From NCBI GenBank assembly GCA_937625935.1, contig OW569391.1, forward strand, positions 248,001 through 312,000: 64,000 bases of DNA. The letters run 5' to 3'. Both the position numbers and the translations under genes were made by a program. Below the pieces are notes generated by a model, which was given only the letters and a program-made list of their open reading frames with translations, had not been told where the DNA came from and made no database searches. This document shows positions 35,010 through 45,575 of this stretch, piece after piece. This DNA comes from Tetramitus jugosus. Taxonomy: Eukaryota; Protista; Heterolobosea. Position 1 is the first letter of the stretch. Each line of letters opens with the position of its first letter.

Positions 35010-36755
35010 TTAGACGGCCATAGATTCCAGTTCGATATCCTTACCATCTTTGCTGTCCAAGCTGTCTTCGAGATCAGCCTTCTCTGCAGGCATTTCATCG
35101 CCAGGGAATTCCTCCTCGGGAATACACCAGTATTCAGCATCGGTGAATGGTTCCTCTGGAGGAACGAGCCATCGAATCAATATTCCAGTCACAGATCCTG
35201 ACACGATGGAAATACCGAGAGTGACAGCAAGAGTGGCCATCTGGTAACCTGGTTGGTTGACTCCGTTAGGGATCAACATGTTGTACTCTGGCCCATACTT
35301 GTCCTTCTTGTGAGAGGCAATACCAGTGGCAGTCAAGCAAGCCAAACCACCGAGAACACCAGGCATACCATGCAAGTTGTGAATACCACAAGTATCATGC
35401 AAGAAGCAGTTCCTACGCAACACAGGAGTCAAATATCGGAAACCGAGGGTTGAGATTGCACCGGCAATAAGACCAATGGTCAAAGCACCTCCAGGTGCAA
35501 TAATCAAATCGGCACTACCTCCAACTGCAACACCACCAGCCAAAGTAGCATTCTGAATATCTTCCATCTCAAAATGACCACGTGATAGTCTAGAGATAAT
35601 AAAGGTGGCAACAGTGGCACCACACAATGAAATAAAAGTATTGATAATACTTCTAAAGAGACCAGTGCTTCTCAGGGCCAATGCACCGTTGAAAGAAGGC
35701 CAAAACAGCCACAAGAAGATGGTTCCAATCAATGAGAACAAATCAGAGTTGTATCTTGGAGCTTGATTAGGATGTCCAGCTCTTGCCTCCTTCTTTGTCA
35801 TGAACATGGAGCAAGCCAATCCGAAATAGGCACCAAATGTATGAATAAACATGCTACCACCGATATCTGTCGCCTTGAACAAGTAGGTACCAATGTACAA
35901 ATTCAGAGAATAGAACACAATCTCAATAACCATCATGACAATCAATTGACTGGGAGCAACCTTACCCAAAACACCACCAAAGCTAATCAAAACGGTAGCA
36001 GCACCAAAATTACCCTCAACCAACCATTCAATATTGATTGGAATGGTGGACTTGAACTTGTTTCGGACACCGTGCTTGAAGAAACCGACGCACAAGATGG
36101 TCCATTGGAAAGCAAGAGCAGAAATGAGAAAATTGAAACCAAAGCTCGAATAACCATACTTTTTCAAAAAGGTCATCAAGAAACCAAAACCAATAAACAC
36201 CATTCCAGCTACATCCATCTCCACCTTGTAATACCTCTCAATCTGATGCAACGATTCTTCATTCTCCACACCAGACTCTGCAAAATTGGCTGGCAAATGA
36301 AATTTTTCATAATCGACAAAAACGTAGAACAAAACGAGAAAAACCGCTTGCGCGATAATTGCGAGTGCGATAAACACCCAACTTTCCGTAGTTCTGTGCT
36401 CTTGGAACTGTGTAAATCGTTCTTTCAATGTTAATTTTGGACCTTCGACCTCACCTGAATCAACTGATTTTTTCTCTTCTTCCAAATGAAATTGATGATG
36501 GTGATGCACAGGCACGTGTGCATGACCTTGCTTATCAATCACAGTGTGATCCGTAGTATTGTAATGTGCCGTATGAACACCATCATGATGATGTTGATGC
36601 TCGTGATGATGGTGATGATGATCGTGTCGATGACTTTGATCATGACTTTCAACTTCAACGACATCAACAGTGCTGTTCATCGTACTGAGGCGTTTACTGT
36701 TGCGATCTGTCGTGTTCTCTGCTGCAGCAGGATGATTCACTTCGGAGTCACTCAT
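35010..36755 (-). CDS. Rh-type ammonium/CO2 transporter with a His-rich N-terminal extension
   Basis: GFGFLMTFLKKYG, DIGGSMFIHTFGAYFGL, FLWLFWPSFN, QNATLAGGVAVG, DTCGIHNLHGMPG. Confidence 0.95.
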   Translation of the reverse strand: MSDSEVNHPAAAENTTDRNSKRLSTMNSTVDVVEVESHDQSHRHDHHHHHHEHQHHHDGVHTAHYNTTDHTVIDKQGHAHVPVHHHHQFHLEEEKKSVDSGEVEGPKLTLKERFTQFQEHRTTESWVFIALAIIAQAVFLVLFYVFVDYEKFHLPANFAESGVENEESLHQIERYYKVEMDVAGMVFIGFGFLMTFLKKYGYSSFGFNFLISALAFQWTILCVGFFKHGVRNKFKSTIPINIEWLVEGNFGAATVLISFGGVLGKVAPSQLIVMMVIEIVFYSLNLYIGTYLFKATDIGGSMFIHTFGAYFGLACSMFMTKKEARAGHPNQAPRYNSDLFSLIGTIFLWLFWPSFNGALALRSTGLFRSIINTFISLCGATVATFIISRLSRGHFEMEDIQNATLAGGVAVGGSADLIIAPGGALTIGLIAGAISTLGFRYLTPVLRRNCFLHDTCGIHNLHGMPGVLGGLACLTATGIASHKKDKYGPEYNMLIPNGVNQPGYQMATLAVTLGISIVSGSVTGILIRWLVPPEEPFTDAEYWCIPEEEFPGDEMPAEKADLEDSLDSKDGKDIELESMAV

Positions 36756-37232
36756 GATTGTTGTTAGCTTAAATGTTAAGTTCTTGATGAGCTAAAAAAA
36801 AATTGTCTTTTTAAGGAATGATCTGCACTGAACGTGGTTGCTTTGGCCAATAATAGCAAAATGTCAGACGGGAATGCAATCGATTGGAGAGATATTTCAA
36901 CAAAAATGCGTGTTTTTTGGTAGATTGAGATATCTGATTAGTACGACAATGGCAATATTGGTGATGCTTGAACACGTTGTTTGTTGTAGCAAAAAAAAAA
37001 ATTCAAACGAGGAGACGACAAGACAAGGGATTTCCCACAACAACAAAAAACACGTTTTTTGTCGTCAGGTGTGTGATGCATTAGGTGGGTATCCAAGAGA
37101 GGCTTATCCGTTGCGGTGTGTGGAATTCTGGGTGTCCAGTTCGGAAACAATGACGGATAAACTGAATCAAAAGAGGAGTAATTCTGAACCGGCAATATTA
37201 CTGTGAACTGGTATGAGTGTGCGCATTTTGCT

Positions 37233-39983
37233 TTATTTCGTTCTTTGTTTCTTGAGCTTGGACACCATTCTGTTTGGTTTGACAATCCTCTTGGATGGCA
37301 TCTTCTTTTTGCCCTTGAGATTCTTAGGGTTCTTCTTGCCCATCAGTCTCTCTTCTTCCTTCTCAAACAGAGTAGACATTTCTGACTGAGCTTCCTGCAT
37401 TTCTGCATCATCGTCGTCATCCGAGTCACCACCACTCAGAGCTTGCTTGGTCTTGAGTTTGTGCGCAATCTCTTCTTCTTCTTCGTCATCGGATGCATTC
37501 TCCAACATCATGGTATCCACTGTCATCTCATCCAAGTCTTCACTGATTGCTGATGCCAGGTTCTTGTAGCTGTAACCGCCATCGTCCTGCTCGTCATCTA
37601 TCATTTCAGCAGAGCCAACAGAAACAGCAAGCTTTTTCTTGCCCTTCTTCTTTTCCTTCTTCTTGTGCTGTGCTTCTTGCATTGACTTTGCTCTATCTTC
37701 CAATTGCTTCTTCATCTCTGTAAACTTCTTCAAGAATTGCATGTGCTGTGGAACAGTCTTCTTCTTATCTAGCAATTCTTCATAGTTCTTTGGTACTTGA
37801 ATGGCATTAACGTTCAGCTTGAACGGAGTTCCCTTTTGGTCCTTGTAGAATCTAGCCTTGAGTTGTCTCTTTTGTTGAGTTCTTAGTCTCTTTCTATCCA
37901 GGACAAACTCGTCCAAGAACTTGACAACCTTGAAATCTTCGAATGGATTACCCTTGTATGGCATTGGAATATTGTCTGTAAAGTGAGTTCCCATGGATTG
38001 CACAGTTGGGTGGAAGTGAGTGTTCATGAGTGCCAATTCCCACAGGGATGTTGAATCTGCGTGAGCTCTCTTTGGTTCAGCCTCTCGAATATTATAACCA
38101 TTATTCTTCGTTTCCTTCTTGCTGTCCTTGGATTCCATATCTTCATCTTCTTCGTCCTCGCTGCTGCTCTCTTCCTCATTGTCAGCACCAGAGGAGATAA
38201 TCAGAGTTCTTAGGGCAGGGATAGCATTGATGGCATCAGCAAGAGTCAATAGCACAGCGCTCGAGTATGCATTGCTTCCGTGCAAACAACTCTGCATTAA
38301 ACGCTTTGCAAAGGCATAAACTCTAGCAATGTTGGTATCAGTGGACATTGCATGCAGAACCAAAAGCAAGAATGATTCCAACTTGATGCTAGTCAAGATA
38401 TTGGTATCGTTCAACTTGTTGTAGACAATGTTGTAAAAGGCGTTGCTGAAGCTTTGATCTGTTGAGTCGTGTTGGTACATGACCCACAAGCATCTCAGTG
38501 CCTCAAATGAAACATTAAAGTCTGCATTACGGGCCAAATCAGCAAACAACTTCCAGTGAACTTGATCGACAGCTTCAGCCTTGAGGTCCGATGGGACGTT
38601 CTTATCGTTTGCCACCTTGTATGTCTTCCAGAAACCAATCAAAATATTGGCCATTAGATTGGCATCACCATCAGCAAACACAATGGCCTTCTTTCCCTTG
38701 TTAGTAGACTTGTTGTTCTTTGTGCCTGAGCTGCTCATGAATAGATTACGAATCATCTTCATGAGAGCGTCATTGACGTGACGAGCCAATGCATAGTCAA
38801 TCACTGGTGAGTATCTGGCCTGAGAGAGCAGAATAGCAGCATTCTTTCTCTTCTTGGATTCAACCTTTGGCTTGTAGAGGAACAGAACAAGCTCACGAAC
38901 AATTTCTCCTCTGACACTCGGTCCTTGATGTCCTGATTGAACATAGTAAGCAATCGTCTTCATTGTTTTCTCGACAATGGTGCCTTCAGTGTCATCCAAC
39001 ATGCCGATGAGCAACACAACAAGCTTGTGTTGCGATGTCTTGATTGGCAACAATTGAGCAATCATTTTAAGTGCTTCTTCTCTGTGTGTATGAGATGCCT
39101 TATTCTTTGACAATTGATACAAAATGTCCAAAAATGCATTATATCTCTTTTGTAACATATCGATTGCGTACATGATGACATAATCGTTGACTTCACCTGA
39201 ATTCTTCACAATGTTTCCACTTGCAAACTCTCGCAAATAATGAGTGGCCAACGATGTAAATGGCAACAATTTGTACTCTTCAACCTTGGAATCAATCAAT
39301 GAAAGAGTAGGTGGTTCCATCGGTATCAATAAATTAGAAAATAGTTCACGTGCAGCGGTCATTGCAAGCTCAGAGTGTTGATGCTGACATTCCTGTAGCA
39401 ACGTGTCCAACAAGTCCAAATGAGGCAGAGGATCTCTTGACAAGACTTGAGCAATCGTAGCCACCTTATCCGCTCTCGTACCCTTACTCAAGAAATTTCT
39501 TTCATAGTCCTGTAGAGATCGATTGGCGCCCTTTTTAAATTTCCGGTACTCGACAAGAACTTTGGTGTAGAGTTCTTCGACAGTGTCTGGCTTCAATTGC
39601 TTCAATGATTCTTCAGAGACGGGTGTCATGTATCTGTGAAGGAAGTCTCTGTGTTGAACATACCAATTTTTTCCATACTTTGCAGTGTACTCTTCCATTA
39701 ATTTCTTGTCCAGTGCATTGTTGCTATTGTTATTGTTGTTTTTGTGATTGTTTTTGTTGTTCTTCTTTGTGTTGTTGTTGTTATTGGTGTTGTTGGTATG
39801 GGCCTTGTTTGCATCACGAACCATTTTGGAGAATGTGACATTGTCTGAGCTATCATGATTTTTGCTCGTTTCCATGCTCATTTGATCAAAGATGGATTTT
39901 TGAGTCGTCTTGTTGTTGGTATTGGATTTCTTATCATCCTTTCCAGCAAGTGGTTGTTGTTCTTTCTTGTTATTTTTGACCAT
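37233..39983 (-). CDS. MAK21: Ribosome biogenesis protein Mak21/Noc1/CEBPZ (CBF domain)
   Basis: GT..DKVA, RVYAFAKRLMQ, YN...EP..AHA...SLWEL...HFHPTV, FLDEFV, and an acidic/basic tail. Confidence 0.85.
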   Translation of the reverse strand: MVKNNKKEQQPLAGKDDKKSNTNNKTTQKSIFDQMSMETSKNHDSSDNVTFSKMVRDANKAHTNNTNNNNNTKKNNKNNHKNNNNNSNNALDKKLMEEYTAKYGKNWYVQHRDFLHRYMTPVSEESLKQLKPDTVEELYTKVLVEYRKFKKGANRSLQDYERNFLSKGTRADKVATIAQVLSRDPLPHLDLLDTLLQECQHQHSELAMTAARELFSNLLIPMEPPTLSLIDSKVEEYKLLPFTSLATHYLREFASGNIVKNSGEVNDYVIMYAIDMLQKRYNAFLDILYQLSKNKASHTHREEALKMIAQLLPIKTSQHKLVVLLIGMLDDTEGTIVEKTMKTIAYYVQSGHQGPSVRGEIVRELVLFLYKPKVESKKRKNAAILLSQARYSPVIDYALARHVNDALMKMIRNLFMSSSGTKNNKSTNKGKKAIVFADGDANLMANILIGFWKTYKVANDKNVPSDLKAEAVDQVHWKLFADLARNADFNVSFEALRCLWVMYQHDSTDQSFSNAFYNIVYNKLNDTNILTSIKLESFLLLVLHAMSTDTNIARVYAFAKRLMQSCLHGSNAYSSAVLLTLADAINAIPALRTLIISSGADNEEESSSEDEEDEDMESKDSKKETKNNGYNIREAEPKRAHADSTSLWELALMNTHFHPTVQSMGTHFTDNIPMPYKGNPFEDFKVVKFLDEFVLDRKRLRTQQKRQLKARFYKDQKGTPFKLNVNAIQVPKNYEELLDKKKTVPQHMQFLKKFTEMKKQLEDRAKSMQEAQHKKKEKKKGKKKLAVSVGSAEMIDDEQDDGGYSYKNLASAISEDLDEMTVDTMMLENASDDEEEEEIAHKLKTKQALSGGDSDDDDDAEMQEAQSEMSTLFEKEEERLMGKKNPKNLKGKKKMPSKRIVKPNRMVSKLKKQRTK

Positions 39984-40316
39984 TTTGTTGTGTGATAGGG
40001 TGACAAGATGATGCTACTATGTGGTTGGTTGGTGTTGTTTGCTTTTTGCGCACTCCTCCTGTATGAAAAAGCTTTCAAGCAAGTGAAAACAAGAATTTGT
40101 TGAACTTCAACAAGAAAACGGAGTGTGAATTTATTCCGACCAACCAAAAGCGAAAAACACTTTCCCTCCAAAAACCAAAAAACGGTGATTGCGAGGTTGT
40201 GATTTTTCTGCGTGATCATTTTTTTAATTGTGTGTTTGAAGGAACCGCAGCTGTTTGAATTTACAAGATCGCGATCTCCTGATCTTTTTAGCTCCTCTGT
40301 CCTGTAACGCTCAACG

Positions 40317-42291
40317 ATGAGACAACAACAACAACAAAAATCTTCAACAACCAACTCTGCCACTGTCTGCACAACTCTTACCACAAAAAAACGATATGTT
40401 CGTGTGGGATACTTGCTCATCACTGGTCAACAATTGGAAGAAGTGATGCAAAAGCTTTTTGCAGAGACAAGCTTTAGTGTCGTTTCCAACTCCAAGGAGA
40501 AAAAAACGGCTGCCGGACGCAAATGTCCATTGTGTGAGAAGAGAATGGGTAATTTTGGACCTAATTTTAAGAATCATGTCAAAAAGTGCTGTCCTGTATG
40601 TATTCGCGCACCTCCTTCTGCTTCTTCTCTCACAGAAAGCTGTGAGCTTACAAAAATTTTCTTTTTTGTTTTTTCGTTCTCTTTTTTTGTAAAACTTTTA
40701 GACTGTGTTTGAAGAGATTATGCACAGGAAACCAGAGTACTTTGGAACGTTGGCTGAAATGAAGAGAGCTGGTCTAGTGGATTCAGATGATGAAGTATCT
40801 CACGAGGATGATGCATGTTCTACGATTGATCCTGATGCCAATAATCAAGCACTGTTTGACGAGTTGGATCTCGATAATCCAGAGAATGAATTTTTGACAA
40901 AGGCTACACTGGTGCCTGGCTCACAGAGCATTGAGATTGATGCAACAATGATTGATGATATCAATATGCTCATGAGAGAACTGACCTCTCAGAGACAAAA
41001 GCTAAGGAGAGCTCAGTGGAGAAAAATTGTACAGAAACAGCCGCCTCCACCTCCTTCCCCAAGTTCTGTTAATGCGCCATCTCATGGCGGTAACTCTGCT
41101 GCTGCATCGTCCTCATCATTGGCCTCTTCCTCGTCATTGTTGTTAGCTGACAATGTTGTGGGTGGTCTCATGAGTGGTCAGTCAACTCCCGTCAAGACTA
41201 CACCGTCATTGTTTTCGACTAATCTCATGAGTCCTTCTGCGACAAGTGGTCATGCAATGCATTTGTTGAACTCGCCCATGACACCGCTATCTGCCACAAG
41301 CAACACTAGTTTCATGAGAGGCGTAGTTGGAGCGGGTAGTGGTATGTTTCCAATGACTCCCAATGCACTCACACCAAGTTCAGCATCAATTGGATCTCCC
41401 TTCCCTTACAACACGAGTGCCCTGCGGTTCATGAACGCTCCATCTCCCATGCTGTCCACATTCCCTAACATGTCCTATCCAGCATCATCACAGCAAGCCA
41501 TTTCAACACCATTGTCCAATATTCCTCAATCCTCCGTATTCCAGTCTCTGTTCAACCAACAGCCACAACCACAGAAAACACTGCAGCCCCAACAACAAGC
41601 CCCCTTTACGAGTCAGTTCCTATCTCCACAACAACCATTGTCCCAACCTTTTCCATATGCCCTTCAAAATGTGCAGCAGTCACTTCAGAGTCCAATGGGT
41701 GTCTTCTCCTCTCCTGCCATGACTAGTCAGTCATCTATTCTGCCAAACGAACGGCTACTACAATTGCAGCAGCCACAACAAGCGCAACAGTTGCCAATCG
41801 ATGCTTTGCTTGCAATTCAACAACAACAAGAACAGTCAATTAAGCAACTGCCTAACCATTTAACAAACGTTGGCACGTATAGTCCATGGAAACAGTGGTT
41901 GATTGATGATTGCACGTTGAGGTACTTGAGAAACTGTAGATTAATGAATGATATTTTCTATGATGCGTCAAAGTCTGATGACGATGCAGAAGCCGAGGAC
42001 GAGGAGAAACTAGCGAACCTTAAAAACATTCGACAGGAACTAGAGCAATCTTTGTCCAAATTAGATGAAGAAATTGAAAACATGAGTACCACAAACGGCA
42101 GCTGCACACTGAGCATTCGTGATGATGGTGAGTCGTCATTTGCTGATTTGATGCGGAGGATGCGTTCGAACGAGACAGCCAAACGAAAGTTGAAAGACTA
42201 TTTTGCGAGTCACGAGAAGATTACATCAACTGTCGATGTTTCAAGCAAGGCGAAGCCAAACAAGAGACGCAAGTTACATAGACTTCAATAA
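40317..42291 (+). CDS. Hypothetical nuclear protein: CxxC...H...C Zn finger, P/Q/S-rich region, SMARCE1/Snf6-like 'RYxRNxRLM' segment + coiled coil
   Basis: Intron 40596-40701 joins CPLCEKR...NHVKKCCP to TVFEEIM. C-terminal LRYLRNCRLMNDIF and an NLS-like KRRK. Confidence 0.6.
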
Positions 42292-42309
42292 AATCAGTGT
42301 ATTTATTGA

Positions 42310-42580
42310 GTTGCAAGTTTCTGTCACGATTTATGAGAGGGGTTGCAAAATCTGATCTTCATGGTTTGTTCAATACATCCTCTGTTACAAGGAGAATAAG
42401 CAGGCTTGATAACCATAGAATTCTTCTTGAATGTGCTCATTTAGTTCAGATTTCAAGATCATCGATCTATGACTGTCGTTCTAAGATGACAAGTAGCGAA
42501 CTATTACTGGAACTCGGATCACACAGAGAATTGTTATCCAACATGTCATTATCGAGGAGATGGGGCACAAAAAGCCGCTT
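42310..42580 (-). pseudogene. Decayed TRAF-type zinc-finger relic
   Basis: Across frameshifts: MILKSELNEHIQEE/SMVIKPAYS...GCIEQTMK/RSDFAT, resembling TRAF Zn-finger repeats. Confidence 0.35.
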
Positions 42581-42596
42581 CAAGGCGGACAAAAAA

Positions 42597-42669
42597 CTCC
42601 CATACCGGGACTCGAACCCGGGTCTCATGGGTGAGAGCCATGTATCCTAACCAACTAGACTATATGGGA
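42597..42669 (-). tRNA. trnE-CTC: tRNA-Glu(CTC)
   Basis: TCCCATA TAGTCTAGTTGGTTAGGATA CATGG CTCTCAC CCATG AGAC CCGGG TTCGAGT CCCGG TATGGGA G, followed by a T6 terminator. Confidence 0.97.
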
Positions 42670-42719
42670 TATATACATAAGGAAAAAACCGTAGTATTTG
42701 TGCGTCTTTGCAACCCGCT

Positions 42720-43650
42720 CTTTAGTGCTAGAGGTGTAGCAGTGCAGACAAATACGATGCGGCAGTGCGATGACTGCAAATTGGCCAGGTAAGTCTCATC
42801 TTCTTTGTTGAAGAAACAGTATCATTCTGGAATAGTGAGTCGCAATCAACTTCTTGTGGATGAACAAATCATGTGCTTTTAGGAGTTCAAAAGTGTGCAC
42901 TCGAGGTGCATGATTGGCCCAAAGTCACACCATCTGTTGAGCATCATGATTGCCCAGATGAGAAACTGCCAATCTGCGCGTGGAGAGCAGAGAACACCTC
43001 CAGGATCTATTCGATCAAGAGAGAAATAGGAGAGTAGAAGGGTATGAAAGATGATGGCTACAAAAAGCTGCCAACCAAAGTGGGGCATATTTCTGTTTCT
43101 TAAAATACCCACACGTTGTAGACAGAAGACTTGAATGGTTTCAACTCCAAGTAAGGAGTGGCACCCTTCACACAAAAGAAGTAGTTCGTGGGCTGTATAA
43201 TCCCAGTGAACCATCCACTGTGTGTGTATGGTGCAAGAAAGAACCAGAAAGTGTGCTGCACTGCCTCGTCAGATGCCCGTCGCAAGGAGTTAATAGCTAT
43301 GGGAGTAGCCTCCGATAGTTGTATCGATACTTGGTTCGACAATGTGAGGCTCAAGGGAGGAAAGAGATCATTCGAAAGAGCTGAACCGGACTTTCACTAG
43401 GGTAATCTGCGTGTGGACAGTAGTGGTATCTAGACAACACTGGTGATGTGTAGCTGGTGCCAGAGTGAGCCCGAGAGTGTGCTCCACTGTTTGACCAGGA
43501 GTCAAAGGGTCATAATGAGTCTATTCAAGTTGGATACGAATCTCGAATGTCCATCTCAGCTGGCGAGAGTAATCAACATTAGTATACAGGCTATCTTCCT
43601 ATATGCAGCGGAGTTCATACTATTCTACCAGAAATATTGGAGATGATAGA
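42720..43650 (+). mobile_element. Stacked decayed non-LTR retrotransposon (L1/Tx1/Proto1-like) ORF2 fragments 5' of tRNA-Glu
   Basis: HSGIVSRNQLLVDEQIMCF*EFKS; zf-RVT-like RRLEWFQLQVRSGTLHT...CVWCKKEPESVLHCLVRCP (Cx2Cx8Hx4C, 43223-43276); second knuckle CSWCQSEPESVLHCLTRS (43449-43502); thumb-like QLARVINISIQAIFLYAAEF. Stops and frameshifts throughout; boundaries approximate. Confidence 0.75.
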
Positions 43651-43959
43651 TCCACTTTCAAAAAATAAAGGTTCCTTCATTGCTTTGTTGATCTCATTCT
43701 GACATGATATGGACGCTTGTTCAAGACATTCAAGACTTCGCAAGCTATCATCCAGATTAAGTTGTTTGGGCAAGAATCAGAAGGAAATGGGGAGTCTATC
43801 ACAATTCAACACCAATGGAGGGAGGTTGGTTGAAAAAGATGTTATGGTGGAATGGAACGATTCTTCTCGATTGATCAAATCAGAGCTATGGGCAAGTAAA
43901 AAACTTCTCGCTTATCTGAAAGGGATGATGCAAGACAATTTTGGCAATATTTAATTTGG

Positions 43960-45192
43960 TTAATGATTGTTCGTGGTGATAACATCGATATCACTTAAAG
44001 AACCATTCGATAAAAGTTTTGAGAGACGTGGGAATGCCATATTAATGTGTCCTCTCATTTTTGGAGTGAAATAGATGACAACAGATCGCTTCGCTCCCGC
44101 CAATTGTGTATCAAGCCAGCTTGAGTTGACCAGTGGGACAATCTGATTGAATCGATCATCTTTCTTCACAGCCAAATTATCAAATTGACTATTCTTTTCT
44201 CGATAATATATCGAGCCATCTTCATCCAAGATCCATTCAATCTCAGAACTGGTCAACGCAGACTTTGCATTCTTTGCACAATGATCCACACGCAAGAAGT
44301 GAGGTGCCGTGGCCTCCTGATTCTCTTGCATGCTGACTGAGCTGTGAATCTGATTGTCGCTCGTCACCACAATTGTCGAATATTGATAGCAATTGGCGCT
44401 CACAACAGGTGCAGGAAGCAAGTCCATTTTTCGAAACTCGGCAACATAGACAGTACTGTTGAATCCAAATCTCTTGTCCTTCTGTCCATTCACATAACAA
44501 TTGCCCTTGTTGGTCAAAATGACACAGTGAAAGTTACCTCCAGACATATGCACTACATGCTCGTCTCTCTCCAGAAAATCAGGAAGTTTCCAACAGATGG
44601 AAGAACCACTCTCACCATTGAACCAATAACTCTGTCCGAATGCATAAAAATGATTCTGATCTGTCATGACCACAGCACTACTAAAGCAAATGGCAATATC
44701 AATGACTCTCTCACTCGGAGACACCATCATTGAGCTACAATCCACCTTTTGAGGTGTTGAAAACTTGGTATAGCTGTGATTAGCAACAGGATAGGTATTG
44801 TAATCCGATTTTCCAATAAACCACAACCCTTCATACTCATCAATCACAAAGGCACAACCATAGCAACAAAACACTCTTTTCACTGCCTGCTTGAAAAAGT
44901 CGACACGAGTGAGTTGTGATACCTTGTTTTGGTGATTCAGACCTGCCAATCCAGTTGAATTGGAACCTACAAAGTACAAGTGACCCTCTGTCGAAAGAAT
45001 GAACAAGTCTTGATCGTCTGCTGCCACTTGAAGCACCGAAAAGTCCAGATCGTAGCGCCGCAGACGTGAACTAATGGTAGTTGCCGTTGCTTGGGAGTAC
45101 AATGGACTATCTTCGAAAACAAAAATGTGGGATAGGTATCCAATACCATTGTTTTTCATTGTTGTGTGGCTGGCAGTAGTACTACTATTCAT
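43960..45192 (-). CDS. RCC1/BLIP-II repeat protein (Naegleria-type expanded family)
   Basis: LYFVGSNSTGLAG and SGGNFHCVILTNKGNCYVNG repeats; C-terminal LSDIDVIT. Confidence 0.8.
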   Translation of the reverse strand: MNSSTTASHTTMKNNGIGYLSHIFVFEDSPLYSQATATTISSRLRRYDLDFSVLQVAADDQDLFILSTEGHLYFVGSNSTGLAGLNHQNKVSQLTRVDFFKQAVKRVFCCYGCAFVIDEYEGLWFIGKSDYNTYPVANHSYTKFSTPQKVDCSSMMVSPSERVIDIAICFSSAVVMTDQNHFYAFGQSYWFNGESGSSICWKLPDFLERDEHVVHMSGGNFHCVILTNKGNCYVNGQKDKRFGFNSTVYVAEFRKMDLLPAPVVSANCYQYSTIVVTSDNQIHSSVSMQENQEATAPHFLRVDHCAKNAKSALTSSEIEWILDEDGSIYYREKNSQFDNLAVKKDDRFNQIVPLVNSSWLDTQLAGAKRSVVIYFTPKMRGHINMAFPRLSKLLSNGSLSDIDVITTNNH

Positions 45193-45575
45193 GATACTGG
45201 TCTAATCTTTTGTTTGTTTTTTTCTGGCTGGATTTTTTTTTGTTTGTCATCTGACAAGTTCTTGGAACTTGCACAGCGCGAAAAAAAAAGATCTCTTCAA
45301 GTTTACAGAACCGGAGAAACTAGATATACTACAGTTTCGTTCGTTCTTATCGGCAACAACTACGAAGGATTCTTGATTTTAACTCACCATGATGTGTGAT
45401 AGTAAAACTGCGGTGAGGTTCCTAAAAGGTAATAGCTCTCCGCAGATACAAACACGAAAGTTCTCGTCTCGTGTTCTTCTCGGGAAGGGTTTCGATATTC
45501 TGTCCGAATCAGTGACCCATAAGAGAGTGTCGTGGATTGTGAAGAACAAAACTAATCAATACCCCAATTCTCACT

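Noticed and set aside
42385-42405. PAYSP peptide resembling the Tc1/IS630 'P.YSPDLNPIE' motif
   Set aside because: DLNP, the other DDE motifs and TIRs are absent. The context fits a TRAF Zn finger better.
42522-42530. ACAGAGAA resembling the U6 snRNA box
   Set aside because: The following GATTAGCATGGCCCC and the U6 stem-loop are absent.
42297-42650. 117-aa plus-strand ORF ending LPYRDSNPGLMGESHVS
   Set aside because: The tail is the antisense translation of tRNA-Glu, so this is not a gene.
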